From: a virus
Taxonomy: Duplodnaviria; Caudoviricetes
Length of the DNA: 51,891 nucleotides
Reading direction: 5' to 3' (one strand)
IMG/VR virus record: IMGVR_UViG_3300021363_000006
Span: 1-51,891 of that record
Below the pieces are notes generated by a model, which had not been told where the DNA came from, did not search any database, and saw only the letters and a list, made by a program, of their open reading frames with translations. Both the position numbers and the translations under genes were made by a program. Shown here in pieces: positions 8,506-17,400 of the stretch (position 1 is the stretch's first letter; the number at the start of each line of letters is the position of its first letter).

Positions 8506-9060
8506 ATGGGAAGAGGTAAGACTGTGACAGAAGCTAGCGTGGCGCTCGACGAGGTCGACGTGCCGGACGTGAACGACGAGATCGAAGACATCACCGACGC
8601 TCCGACGGGTTCGGGCCAGGAAGAGAAGCCCAAGGAGCCGGCGAAGCCCAAGCGTGGCGACCTGCCGACCATCGAAGGCGACGAGTACATCACTCCTGTT
8701 GCCTTCGCCAAGCTGCTGAGCCAGCCGCTGGACGGCAACCCGGAGAACGACGACGCCAGCAACTGGCGGAACACGGACAAGAACGGCTCGCATGTCGTTC
8801 CTCCGCAGATGATCTACTCGTACATCAAGAGCTCCAAGGAGTTCGTGTCGTACGATGGCATTGTCGACAGCAACGGCGTTGTGCGGAACAACCTCCTGAA
8901 GCTGTCCGAGGCGAACGCGTACTGGGACGGGCGCGCCGGCAAGGCTGCGGAGCGTGCGGCCAACGCGAAGGCCAAGGCGGAGAAGAAGGCCGCGAAGGCT
9001 GAGACTTCGACGACTACCGTGGATGCCGAGTCTGTGGGCGAGGTCGTCGAGGCGGAGTAA
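8506..9060 (+). CDS. Probably abundant protein, possibly DNA-binding
   Basis: Own promoter and terminator; very strong C/G-ending codon bias; ITPVAFAK and VPPQMIYSYIK motifs; AK-rich tail. Confidence 0.7.
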   Translation: MGRGKTVTEASVALDEVDVPDVNDEIEDITDAPTGSGQEEKPKEPAKPKRGDLPTIEGDEYITPVAFAKLLSQPLDGNPENDDASNWRNTDKNGSHVVPPQMIYSYIKSSKEFVSYDGIVDSNGVVRNNLLKLSEANAYWDGRAGKAAERAANAKAKAEKKAAKAETSTTTVDAESVGEVVEAE

Positions 9061-9130
9061 CACCTCTCGTGTCGGTCCTGAGCGATGCTTTTGCTAGCAC
9101 AGGGGCTGTGAAGCAGGTGTAACTCCGTAA

Positions 9131-9198
9131 GAATGGCCGGACGTACAAGTACCAGAAGCCCTCCGCTTCCGAGGAAAGTACGTCCGGCCATTCGTTTT
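9131..9198 (+). terminator. Long hairpin with T-tract
   Basis: Perfect 16-bp stem GAATGGCCGGACGTAC...GTACGTCCGGCCATTC followed by GTTTT. Confidence 0.7.
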
Positions 9199-9203
9199 AG
9201 AGG

Positions 9204-9233
9204 TTGTGTTCCCTAGCTTGTACACTATATAAT
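9204..9233 (+). promoter_or_regulatory. Sigma70-type promoter
   Basis: TTGTGT-18 nt-TATAAT directly after the terminator. Confidence 0.55.
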
Positions 9234-9279
9234 TTAAGAGTAAGGTAAGACAAGTATCCAACGGTCGAATAGAGGATAC

Positions 9280-9489
9280 ATGGCTCAGATAGAAGTACCA
9301 GAACCAGATATAGAGGCGCTTGCCGATATACTGGACATGGCGATCGAGGAGTACCGTAGCGCTAAGGACCATACATTATCGTGTCCTAGTGTTGAAAGTC
9401 CGGAGCAGTTGCTAGTAGTTGTAGCTGACTACGATATGCGGCGAGCGGCACTACAGCGAGTCCGGATTCAGATTGAGGAGCAAAGGTGA
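9280..9489 (+). CDS. Hypothetical protein
   Basis: RBS GAGGA; GTGA overlap with the next gene. Confidence 0.55.
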   Translation: MAQIEVPEPDIEALADILDMAIEEYRSAKDHTLSCPSVESPEQLLVVVADYDMRRAALQRVRIQIEEQR

Positions 9490-9893
9490 ACGACAGCACG
9501 GAAGCTGCTCCAGCAGCCCTCCTAGGACATTGCACTTCGGTGTACGAGGAGATGGAGGCTCAGTCGCGAGTCATCACGGCTGAGCAGGTCGAGATGCTTG
9601 TGTACGAAGGCAAGCTCGTTGAGCTAGTGACAGTACACGTCGGACTGTCAGTACCTTACTACACCAAGGTGACCCAAGCACTTAAGGGCATGGGGTGTGC
9701 AAGGCAAATGCGACGTGGCGGAGGCAACAGTCCGTCGCAGTGGCAGTTGCTTCATGCACCCACGGTTGAACGATTCGACAAGTGGTTGGAGGCTATGGAT
9801 CCAACCCCCGACGAGATCGAGTACGCGACAGCACAGACAGTGCGGGACATGAACACGAGGCTACAGCGCCTCGAGAAAGCGATGGGTGTGTAG
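9486..9893 (+). CDS. Hypothetical protein, possible winged-helix
   Basis: GLSVPYYTKVTQALKGMGCARQMRRGGG pattern; C-terminal coiled coil. Confidence 0.55.
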   Translation: MNDSTEAAPAALLGHCTSVYEEMEAQSRVITAEQVEMLVYEGKLVELVTVHVGLSVPYYTKVTQALKGMGCARQMRRGGGNSPSQWQLLHAPTVERFDKWLEAMDPTPDEIEYATAQTVRDMNTRLQRLEKAMGV

Positions 9894-10073
9894 TGCGAAA
9901 GGTACGCATTACCTATACGGCTAGTGCAACGGTCGAGATGGACTTGTCCTCATACCCTGGTATGACGGAGAAGGGGATCAAGGAGTACGAAGAGGGCAAC
10001 GGCGAGGCAGAAGTCTTCGAGGTACTCGCAGGACAAGACGACCTTGATGTCAAGGTAGAAGTGGAGTTCTTCG

Positions 10074-10409
10074 ATGAGTAACACAACGTTCGAGGAAGCT
10101 AAACAGTGTCCGAAGTGTAGCAATCCTGGTGAGGATCGTATCACCAGAATCGCTAAGGGCATGAAGCCTGGTACGACTACGCACCACATCTACTGCATGT
10201 CCGTTCTTTGTCCTTGGTACGACACGTGCTGGATTGTTCAGGTGAATCCTGATGGGTCAATTCCTCCGGCGACTAACCATGTTGGCCAGCCCAAGGTGTA
10301 CGAAGGCTTTGAGGGTCACGACAAGGAAGCCACAGACCTGATCGACGAGCTGAAGCGTTCTGCCGCTAAGCAGACTGAAGACGGATATGAGATCCGTCGC
10401 AACCGGTGA
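10074..10409 (+). CDS. Putative zinc-binding protein
   Basis: CPKC and C....C pairs. Confidence 0.55.
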   Translation: MSNTTFEEAKQCPKCSNPGEDRITRIAKGMKPGTTTHHIYCMSVLCPWYDTCWIVQVNPDGSIPPATNHVGQPKVYEGFEGHDKEATDLIDELKRSAAKQTEDGYEIRRNR

Positions 10410-10480
10410 TCTTGAGAGTGCTCGTGGCAGCGTACGTTATAGTTGTCGCGAGCATTTTCGTTGCTGCGGTATTACTTATA

Positions 10481-10606
10481 GTCTCTCTGTAAGTCTAACT
10501 CTCATGATCCTTAGGGCTATGTTCTCTATGAGGGCGTATTGGCATTCGGTTAGACATAGCTTAGACTCGGTCTCATAGAAAGTCTAAGGCTATCGAGAGC
10601 TTAGAG
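10481..10606 (+). repeat. Dispersed ~125-bp TTAGAC/GTCTAA element, copy A
   Basis: Shares exact 25-bp and 19-bp blocks (inverted) with 30911-31018 and several blocks with 40130-40255. Confidence 0.85.
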
Positions 10607-10626
10607 CTCGAGCGTGTGATGGCTGA

Positions 10627-10643
10627 CAGTAGACCACAGGGAG
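10627..10643 (+). promoter_or_regulatory. CAGTAGACCACAGGGAG motif (representative copy)
   Basis: Identical 17-mer at 1728, 6066 and 10627; the core AGACCACAGGG occurs at 11 or more sites. Confidence 0.75.
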
Positions 10644-10649
10644 GAAGCG

Positions 10650-10865
10650 ATGCATAGGCAAGACATGGCAGTGATGCGTTCAGACATCAGAGCTGGACTG
10701 AGCCAGGAAGGTAAGGCCACTGTGGGGTTCGGCGGGACTCCGGCAGAGTGGCGAAACATCCGTGCCACCATAGCTCTCTGGGCCAAGAAGAACGGAAAGC
10801 AGGTGCACATCGAGTTCGTTAAGCACTCGGGCTGGCAAGAGCTGGATGTTCGGGTAGCGTCGTGA
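10650..10865 (+). CDS. Hypothetical protein
   Basis: RBS GGGAGG is supplied by the repeated motif; GTGA overlap downstream. Confidence 0.55.
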   Translation: MHRQDMAVMRSDIRAGLSQEGKATVGFGGTPAEWRNIRATIALWAKKNGKQVHIEFVKHSGWQELDVRVAS

Positions 10866-11113
10866 ACTTCGACGAACTCCAGAAACAGATTGAGGCAGAC
10901 GAACTAGCTGACGGTATCGAAGCAGGTCAGCTGTTACTGATGTCTGTAGCGGACTACGCGAAGGCTCGAGACATGAAGCCTCAACTCATCCACTACTACA
11001 TCCGCAAGGGCAAGATCGTACCAGTCTTGTGTGAGTGTGGACGCAAGTGCGTAGAGGTTAAGGAGGCAGACGATTTCCTTGCAGGAAGGAGCAAGAGTGA
11101 AGGAGAGAATTAA
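10862..11113 (+). CDS. Excisionase/MerR-like HTH DNA-binding protein
   Basis: MSVADYAKARDMKPQLIHYYIRKGKI is a typical helix-turn-helix pattern. Confidence 0.65.
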   Translation: MNFDELQKQIEADELADGIEAGQLLLMSVADYAKARDMKPQLIHYYIRKGKIVPVLCECGRKCVEVKEADDFLAGRSKSEGEN

Positions 11114-11594
11114 GGGCGATGTGATCGTTGCCTTGATTCTAGTACCTATCGTTACACCAGCCTGGTGGACGATGTGGCATGTCTGTGACAGACTATGGAG
11201 CCTGAGGTAAGGTAATGCCCGTGAACGACACACTGCTAGCGATGCTATTCGAAACGGAGAAGGCCAAGATGCCCAGCATGAGCCACTGCAACCACTCACT
11301 CAACGACGTTTGGGGCGACCAGCGAACTCCTGATGCTACGGAAGTGACGTTGGAAGAGGCCAAGGTGCTGGTCGAGGAGAAGCCTGCGGAACGCTATGCA
11401 GCCTGCTCGTTCTGTGGTGTAACTACTGTGGAGGAAGTAGAAAGTGTGTGAAGTGGAGGGAGTAGAAAGTGTGAAGTGCAAGTCCCAACTATGGCCAGAC
11501 AATGATGCCATGCACTACTACACGTATGACCTAGAGCAGAACCACCAAGGCTCACACATCGACCTCGATACATGCAGAAAGTGGGGCTGTAACG

Positions 11595-13070
11595 ATGAGC
11601 GACTTCGCACTCCTGGACTTTCAGAAGGAAGACGTTCTCAAGATCGCTAGAGCCGGCCGTGGTGCGATCGGTTCGGAGATGGGTACAGGTAAGACTCATG
11701 AGGCGATCGCCCTGGACAACTACTGGTATAAGGTCGCCAAGACGAAGGGCCCTACGCTAGTCGTTTGCCCCATCAACGTCTTCTCGTCTTGGAAGGAGAA
11801 GTACGCCTGGCAGTCTCCTGAGACGGACGTGTTCGTCATCGATCGGAAGGATAGAGATGGGTTTGTTCAGGCGATCAAGCAGGGCAAGGCTGACGTCTAC
11901 ATCATGCACTGGGACGCTCTGCGCCTCTTGCCCGCTCTGCATCGCATCAAGTTCCTCACCGTCATCGCTGATGAAGCTCACCGAGGGGCTAACCGAACAG
12001 CACAAGCCACACAGGCACTCAAGAAGATTCCGGCAGTCCACAAGCTTGCAATGTCCGGTACTATGTCAGGCGATCAACCGCAAAATCTCTGGTCAGTCCT
12101 GAACTGGATCTGGCCAAAGACGTACACGTCGTACTGGAAGTTCCGCAAGCACTACGTGGTCGAAGAAGCAAGTTCAGGCAGAGGCGACTACAAGGTCATC
12201 ACAGGTGTCAAAAACGTCGATAGCCTGAAGGAGGAGATGTCTCCCTGGTTCGTTCGACACCTGAAGAAGGAGCAGTGCTGTCCTCATCATCCCAATGGTG
12301 TCATGGACTACCTGCCCGAGAAGGTGAATGACACGATCTGGGTTGAGCTGTCGCCGACACAGCGCCGAGTGTACAAGCAGATGAAGGAGCAGATGGTCGC
12401 GTGGATCAACGAGCATGACGATACGCCACTTGTTGCCTCTATCGCTGTCGCTCAGCTGACACGCCTCTCGCAAATTGCTCTTGCGACTCCTGAGATTAGA
12501 ACCGAAACACGTCGCAAGAGGGACGGCACAGAGCACGACGTCTCTGTGGTCTACTTAAAGCTGCCGTCTTCGAAGATGGAGGCACTGCTCGAGCGCCTCA
12601 AGGACAACCCAGAGAAGAAGTTCGTAGTGTGGTCGGCGTCCAAGAAGATGTGCTACCTGATCTCAAAGCACCTTGAGCAGCACGGAATTGGTAGCCACGT
12701 TCTGTCGGGTGACACTCCTCAGTCTCAGCGAGACACAATGGTGAAGAGGTGGGAGACTGACGACAAGCAGGTCTTCATTGGCGTCATCGCAGCAGCCGGA
12801 GAAGGCATCGACGGACTTCAGAATACCACAGACACGTGCTTCTTCATGGACAGGAGCTGGTCAACAAAGCAGAACTACCAGGCCGAAGATAGGCTGCACC
12901 GACCAGGACAGCTAGGGGATCATGTACACATCATCGACATCATGGCCAAGGACACCATCGATCTTGGACGTCATACGCGTCTACTTGAGAAATGGGACTG
13001 GATCCGTATGATTCTGGGAGACAAGGTCGACCAGAGGACAGGAGAGTTGAAGCTTGAGCTGGCCTCCTAG
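11595..13070 (+). CDS. SNF2-family (superfamily 2) DNA helicase
   Basis: EMGTGKT (motif I), DEAH (II), SGT (III), AAGEGIDG (V), QAEDRLHRPGQ (VI). Confidence 0.93.
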   Translation: MSDFALLDFQKEDVLKIARAGRGAIGSEMGTGKTHEAIALDNYWYKVAKTKGPTLVVCPINVFSSWKEKYAWQSPETDVFVIDRKDRDGFVQAIKQGKADVYIMHWDALRLLPALHRIKFLTVIADEAHRGANRTAQATQALKKIPAVHKLAMSGTMSGDQPQNLWSVLNWIWPKTYTSYWKFRKHYVVEEASSGRGDYKVITGVKNVDSLKEEMSPWFVRHLKKEQCCPHHPNGVMDYLPEKVNDTIWVELSPTQRRVYKQMKEQMVAWINEHDDTPLVASIAVAQLTRLSQIALATPEIRTETRRKRDGTEHDVSVVYLKLPSSKMEALLERLKDNPEKKFVVWSASKKMCYLISKHLEQHGIGSHVLSGDTPQSQRDTMVKRWETDDKQVFIGVIAAAGEGIDGLQNTTDTCFFMDRSWSTKQNYQAEDRLHRPGQLGDHVHIIDIMAKDTIDLGRHTRLLEKWDWIRMILGDKVDQRTGELKLELAS

Positions 13071-13211
13071 TAAGGTCCCTTACGAGGGAATGCATAGAGA
13101 TCCATTCAAGCTGAGGTGGTACGAGCGTACTACTGCAGGCGTGGTTCTCGTCTTAGCCTTGCTTCTGGGCATGGCCTTACCGTGTATCGTCTTCTACTTC
13201 TGGAGCTAACC

Positions 13212-13502
13212 ATGACAGACAAGGACGTTCAGGTCCATATCGTAGTGAACCTCGAGGGCTTCTCTGGAGACGTCGCGGATATTCGTACACAGGCAAAGTT
13301 TGCTGACCACGACTACTTCTGGACTCAGGTTCTAGATGTCGATAAGGTTCGAGCAGAGGCATACACACTGTCGAAGCCTGACTACTACAGGAAGAAGGGT
13401 GAGACGTCCATGATTCACTTCCACAGGTTCCACGAGCCTTGCGACTACGGAACTCCTGGTGGAAGCCAGAAGCACGAGTTCTATCCTGTGCTGGAGGGGT
13501 AA
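13212..13502 (+). CDS. Hypothetical protein
   Basis: RBS GGAG before ATG 13212; TAATG overlap downstream. Confidence 0.5.
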   Translation: MTDKDVQVHIVVNLEGFSGDVADIRTQAKFADHDYFWTQVLDVDKVRAEAYTLSKPDYYRKKGETSMIHFHRFHEPCDYGTPGGSQKHEFYPVLEG

Positions 13503-13936
13503 TGGTAAGCGCCGAGGACTCTCTAGCAGTACCACTCGGGGAACACCTAGCATTACTACGCGAGGCAGACTTGAGGTTCGATGCTGAGAGGGATAGGCGC
13601 TTGTCTGAAGTAGCAGTAGAACGTGAGAAGGCCCTAAAGATCAAGGAGGAGGCGGACAAGGCTGCACTAGCTCTAGCTCGTGCCGACCAGACCTATAAGG
13701 ACGAACAGGCAAACAAGCTCAGGGAGCAGATCAACTCGGAGAGGAACATCTATGTTACCCAAGACCAGCTAGCTGCAGCTATTCGCGAGATGTCGGCACT
13801 AGTTCAACCGGTGAGCGACTACGTAGCCAAGCAGCAAGGTAGGTCTGGAGGCATAGGTGACTCACTCAGTATGGGTAATGTTCTAATTGTGCTCCTGATC
13901 TCGATAGTAGGCTTGTATGTGGCACTCAAACAATGA
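13502..13936 (+). CDS. Coiled-coil protein with C-terminal transmembrane anchor
   Basis: Charged heptad region followed by NVLIVLLISIVGLYVAL. Confidence 0.6.
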   Translation: MVSAEDSLAVPLGEHLALLREADLRFDAERDRRLSEVAVEREKALKIKEEADKAALALARADQTYKDEQANKLREQINSERNIYVTQDQLAAAIREMSALVQPVSDYVAKQQGRSGGIGDSLSMGNVLIVLLISIVGLYVALKQ

Positions 13937-13948
13937 CGAGAGGCAGTA

Positions 13949-14467
13949 ATGGCAAACAGGTACAACGACGAGTACAACGACTACGGAAATCCTACGGGTC
14001 GGTATGTCTTCCCGGACCCTGCCCCGGCAAGAACCACAGGGAGGCTGGGAAGCTTCAGACCTGTAACTGAGAAGGTCAAGGCAGTCGATCCGGAACTAGC
14101 AGAGGAGATCGAGATGAGTGCACTGAATCGCTACCAGATAGACCCGAACACGGCTGAGGCTCTCGAGCGTCGTGCCGATGCTATGCTGAAGCGTGCCGCA
14201 GAGATGCGCGCCAAGACCGAGCGCTTTGGCATCGACGACTTCCCAGATGGCTCCGTCATCATTTTCGACAAGGTCTTCCACGAGTATGGAGGCCGACCGA
14301 TCAGTCCGTCGAAGCCGTACCACTACGCAGCCATGAAGTTCGGCGGCGTATGGAACACTACCGGCCCGAAGTCTCCGAAGGCCTACACCTGGGAGGAACT
14401 CATCAACTGGATGGGTGAAGGTGTACAGGAGATTTACTACGTCAACGAGATCACGAGGTTCGTCTAG
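13949..14467 (+). CDS. Hypothetical protein
   Basis: RBS GAGG; coding-like codon usage. Confidence 0.6.
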   Translation: MANRYNDEYNDYGNPTGRYVFPDPAPARTTGRLGSFRPVTEKVKAVDPELAEEIEMSALNRYQIDPNTAEALERRADAMLKRAAEMRAKTERFGIDDFPDGSVIIFDKVFHEYGGRPISPSKPYHYAAMKFGGVWNTTGPKSPKAYTWEELINWMGEGVQEIYYVNEITRFV

Positions 14468-15049
14468 TGAGTACGAAAGGGCTAATTGGACTGGAGCTAG
14501 GTATCGCAGTCTGGTGCGTACTCTGGATTTGGGCTATTTGGTACTTTGGCTGGAAGGCTGATAAGCACAGGGATCTGCTTCAGGCGGGCCGACCCGACGC
14601 CCACCCTGACGACTTCGAGGGGCACTGATGGCATACAAGGTACTACGCCTGCTCGAGTACACCTATGACACCGTGGAGGATGCTGACGAAGACATGCAGC
14701 GTTGGTACGTACCTCCTGTAGGTGCGAAGAAGTTCAACCCCAACAACCGAGGCATCCGATCTACAGTCATCCAGTACCCGTTCAAGGAGGAAACAGATGG
14801 AGAACAAGACGCCTCCAATGAAGCGACTAGCTGTCGTCTTAAGCCCTCAGGCTGCTAGTCACTTCGGTGTCTGCGACCAGGGAGATACCATCGTGTTCTG
14901 GGAGGACGAGGGTAGTTGGTCGGTTCAGTTCTACGGGCTACGGATGACCTACACAGGGAAGAACTCCGACCGGAATAAGGGCGACACACAAACCATCGTG
15001 TGGCAGTCCATCGTGTTCTTCGAAGAAACAAGCATGTCGAGGTGGTCGC

Positions 15050-15466
15050 ATGACGGTTAGAGTTGTCCTGGAGTTCAAGGACGAAGTGGAAGCCAAGAGG
15101 TTCTGTAAGGCATCTCTGCTTAGTGGAATAGGAATGGTTGAGGCCTGCGCAGATAGTGTTCGCTGGATCAGTAACGAGACCCTCGAACTCATCGGGGTCT
15201 TCAAGAAGCCTACCCTCTACTGCAACCCTTCTGATGGTCACCGTGGCAAGAAGACTTCCGGTGGATGGGCCCGTGGCAAGAAGTACGGCTGGTGGGTCTG
15301 TGGTATCTGTGGGAAGCCGACTGAGCGTTGGGCGAACGGCGACCTCTGGCCTTACAGTATGGGCTTCAACCTGTTGCCGAAGTCCATCTCGAGGTGGGCT
15401 AGGCCTGATTGGGATACAGCTACGCAATGGACTGAAGAGGATTTAGGGTGTTCTGGGCAGGAGTAA
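15050..15466 (+). CDS. Hypothetical protein, Trp/Cys-rich
   Basis: Coupled ORF with WWVCGICGKP. Confidence 0.55.
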   Translation: MTVRVVLEFKDEVEAKRFCKASLLSGIGMVEACADSVRWISNETLELIGVFKKPTLYCNPSDGHRGKKTSGGWARGKKYGWWVCGICGKPTERWANGDLWPYSMGFNLLPKSISRWARPDWDTATQWTEEDLGCSGQE

Positions 15467-15515
15467 TTGTCGGAATAGTGATAGGCATAGGTTTCTACTA
15501 CTACCTAGAGAGGTT

Positions 15516-15992
15516 ATGATGGGTAAAGTTGTCACAATCGAGTTCAATACAGAAGAGTCTGCACAGATCTTCTACGACTGGTCGACAAGGCAAGACCACA
15601 TATTTGGCGATCCAGTAGTTAAGTCAGTTGAGCTAGACTGGCACACTCCTCACGAGCTGTACGAGCACCGCTATCACCTGTACCGTGCGCTTGTCTTTAG
15701 CGGAATCTACCGCTTCAAGTCTTGGCGATCTAGACTTCACCATGACGAGACGATGTTCGAGGACTCGTTCATCGTAGGTATCAACCTCGTCACGGGCATA
15801 AGCTCTAAACGGAATGACATCACTTACCACTTGCCCCTCTCGTGGTGGGAGTCGTTCGACGGCATTACGACCTACGACAAGGCGCCAGAGTATGACGGAG
15901 CATCGCCTGAGGAGGGTCTTCGCCGGCTAGAAGCATTCGTCGATGCGAATAAGGAGCCTAACCGTATGTACGGAGGGGATAGATTCGCGTGA
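15516..15992 (+). CDS. Conserved phage hypothetical protein (resembles the WDGH-type family)
   Basis: ELYEHR...SRLHHD...ITYHLP...APEYDG pattern, recalled from other phage proteins. Confidence 0.5.
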   Translation: MMGKVVTIEFNTEESAQIFYDWSTRQDHIFGDPVVKSVELDWHTPHELYEHRYHLYRALVFSGIYRFKSWRSRLHHDETMFEDSFIVGINLVTGISSKRNDITYHLPLSWWESFDGITTYDKAPEYDGASPEEGLRRLEAFVDANKEPNRMYGGDRFA

Positions 15993-16014
15993 CAGATGGT
16001 CGTCTAGGACGTAG

Positions 16015-16043
16015 TTGACTTTCAAGAGAGTCCACTATATAAT
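16015..16043 (+). promoter_or_regulatory. Near-consensus sigma70 promoter for the replication/recombination genes
   Basis: TTGACT-17 nt-TATAAT. Confidence 0.75.
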
Positions 16044-16073
16044 ATAAGTATAAGCCCGCAAGAGAGGGGTAAG

Positions 16074-17294
16074 ATGCCAGACTCGGCAGTCGACATCAAC
16101 TGGTTCATCGACAAACGTCTCGTCCATGAAGTGCATACATCTGAGCGGAAAGCGTTTCGTGGATGCCGTCGTAGGTGGGACTGGTTCTCTCGGCAGAGGT
16201 ACTATCCGAAGGTGACAGAGAAGCCTCTGAGCTTCGGCATTGCCTACCACAGCGGTCTCCAGGTGTACTACGACCCGAAGAACTATGACTTCTCTCGTCT
16301 CGTCCGGACCGAACTAGCCATCGCAGCCTTCGTTGCCAAGACGAACCAGCAGCGCAAGGAGATCCTCGAGTCAGGCCTTAAGGAAGACGAAGAGGTCAAC
16401 GAGGACTTCGACGCGCGTGTCACTCTCGGCATTGGCATGTTGCGGTACCTCGCGAGTAGCATAGCACCACAGGAAGAGGAGAAGTGGACTCCCGTCGAAG
16501 TTGAAGTGGAGTTCATGGTCCCGATTCCACATCCCGAAACGAACGTCCACATGGTCTGTGGGTGTAAAATCTGCTATGAGAAGTGGATGTTGTCCGATGA
16601 GGGTAAGAGGCAACACGCATTAGGACAGCTCTGGACTGGACTTCCTGTTGTCTATGCTGGTCGCATCGACTGCTTGATGAAGGACGAGTACGGAGACCTC
16701 TGGATTGTCGACTGGAAGACAGCAGCACAGATCGACTCGTCCCTAACCTTCCTAGACCTAGACGACCAGGTCGGATCCTACCCCTGGGCCCTGTGGTCTA
16801 TTGGCATGAGGGTCCGCGGGTTTATCTGGGCGCAGCAGAAGAAGGGCTTTCCTCAGCCTCCGAAGCAGAACAAGACCACTCGGCTCGGTCGGAAGTTCTC
16901 CGTAGCTGTGGGGCAAGACACTGACTACGAGACGTATAAAGATACGGTCTCCAAGCAGGACACAGCTGCGTATGAGGAAGGGCTGTACGACCAGTTCTTG
17001 GTGTTCCTGAAGAACGAGAACATCAAGTTCTTCCACCGTGAGCCTATCATGAAGACGGAGGAGGAGTTCCTCCAGCTGCAGAAGAACCTCGGCCAGGAAG
17101 TCCTTGACATGCTACGTGAGGACCTGTACCTCTATCCGAGTCCTGGACGCTTTAGTTGTGACCGTTGCACCTTCCTGGTTCCATGTGTCGAACAGACTCG
17201 AGGCGGAGACTACTTGTACGCCATCGAGACCTTGTTCGAGAAGAAGACGCCGTACTACCTTCGCGAAGAGCCTTCGACCGAGCGGTCGACCTAG
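16074..17294 (+). CDS. PD-(D/E)XK exonuclease (RecB/Cas4-like)
   Basis: SERKAFRGCRRRW, GIAYH, GRIDCL...IVDWKT, and C-terminal CDRCTFLVPC. Confidence 0.85.
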   Translation: MPDSAVDINWFIDKRLVHEVHTSERKAFRGCRRRWDWFSRQRYYPKVTEKPLSFGIAYHSGLQVYYDPKNYDFSRLVRTELAIAAFVAKTNQQRKEILESGLKEDEEVNEDFDARVTLGIGMLRYLASSIAPQEEEKWTPVEVEVEFMVPIPHPETNVHMVCGCKICYEKWMLSDEGKRQHALGQLWTGLPVVYAGRIDCLMKDEYGDLWIVDWKTAAQIDSSLTFLDLDDQVGSYPWALWSIGMRVRGFIWAQQKKGFPQPPKQNKTTRLGRKFSVAVGQDTDYETYKDTVSKQDTAAYEEGLYDQFLVFLKNENIKFFHREPIMKTEEEFLQLQKNLGQEVLDMLREDLYLYPSPGRFSCDRCTFLVPCVEQTRGGDYLYAIETLFEKKTPYYLREEPSTERST

Positions 17295-17400
17295 ACTCCC
17301 TAGTCCTCGGTGTTCCATATCGTCAAGTGCAGGCGGGTTGGATTAACTGGCATCGAGGACTAGGGTTACTATCCAACCACAACAGGAATGGATTAGTGCC

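Noticed and set aside
4034-8520. Two ORFs both starting MGRGK (4378 on - and 8506 on +)
   Set aside because: No further similarity. The purine-rich stretch at 8506 may simply be the RBS for a downstream GTG.
11428-11478. Imperfect ~25-bp tandem duplication GTGGAGGRAGTAGAAAGTGTG
   Set aside because: Only two copies at a gene junction; consistent with a local slippage duplication.
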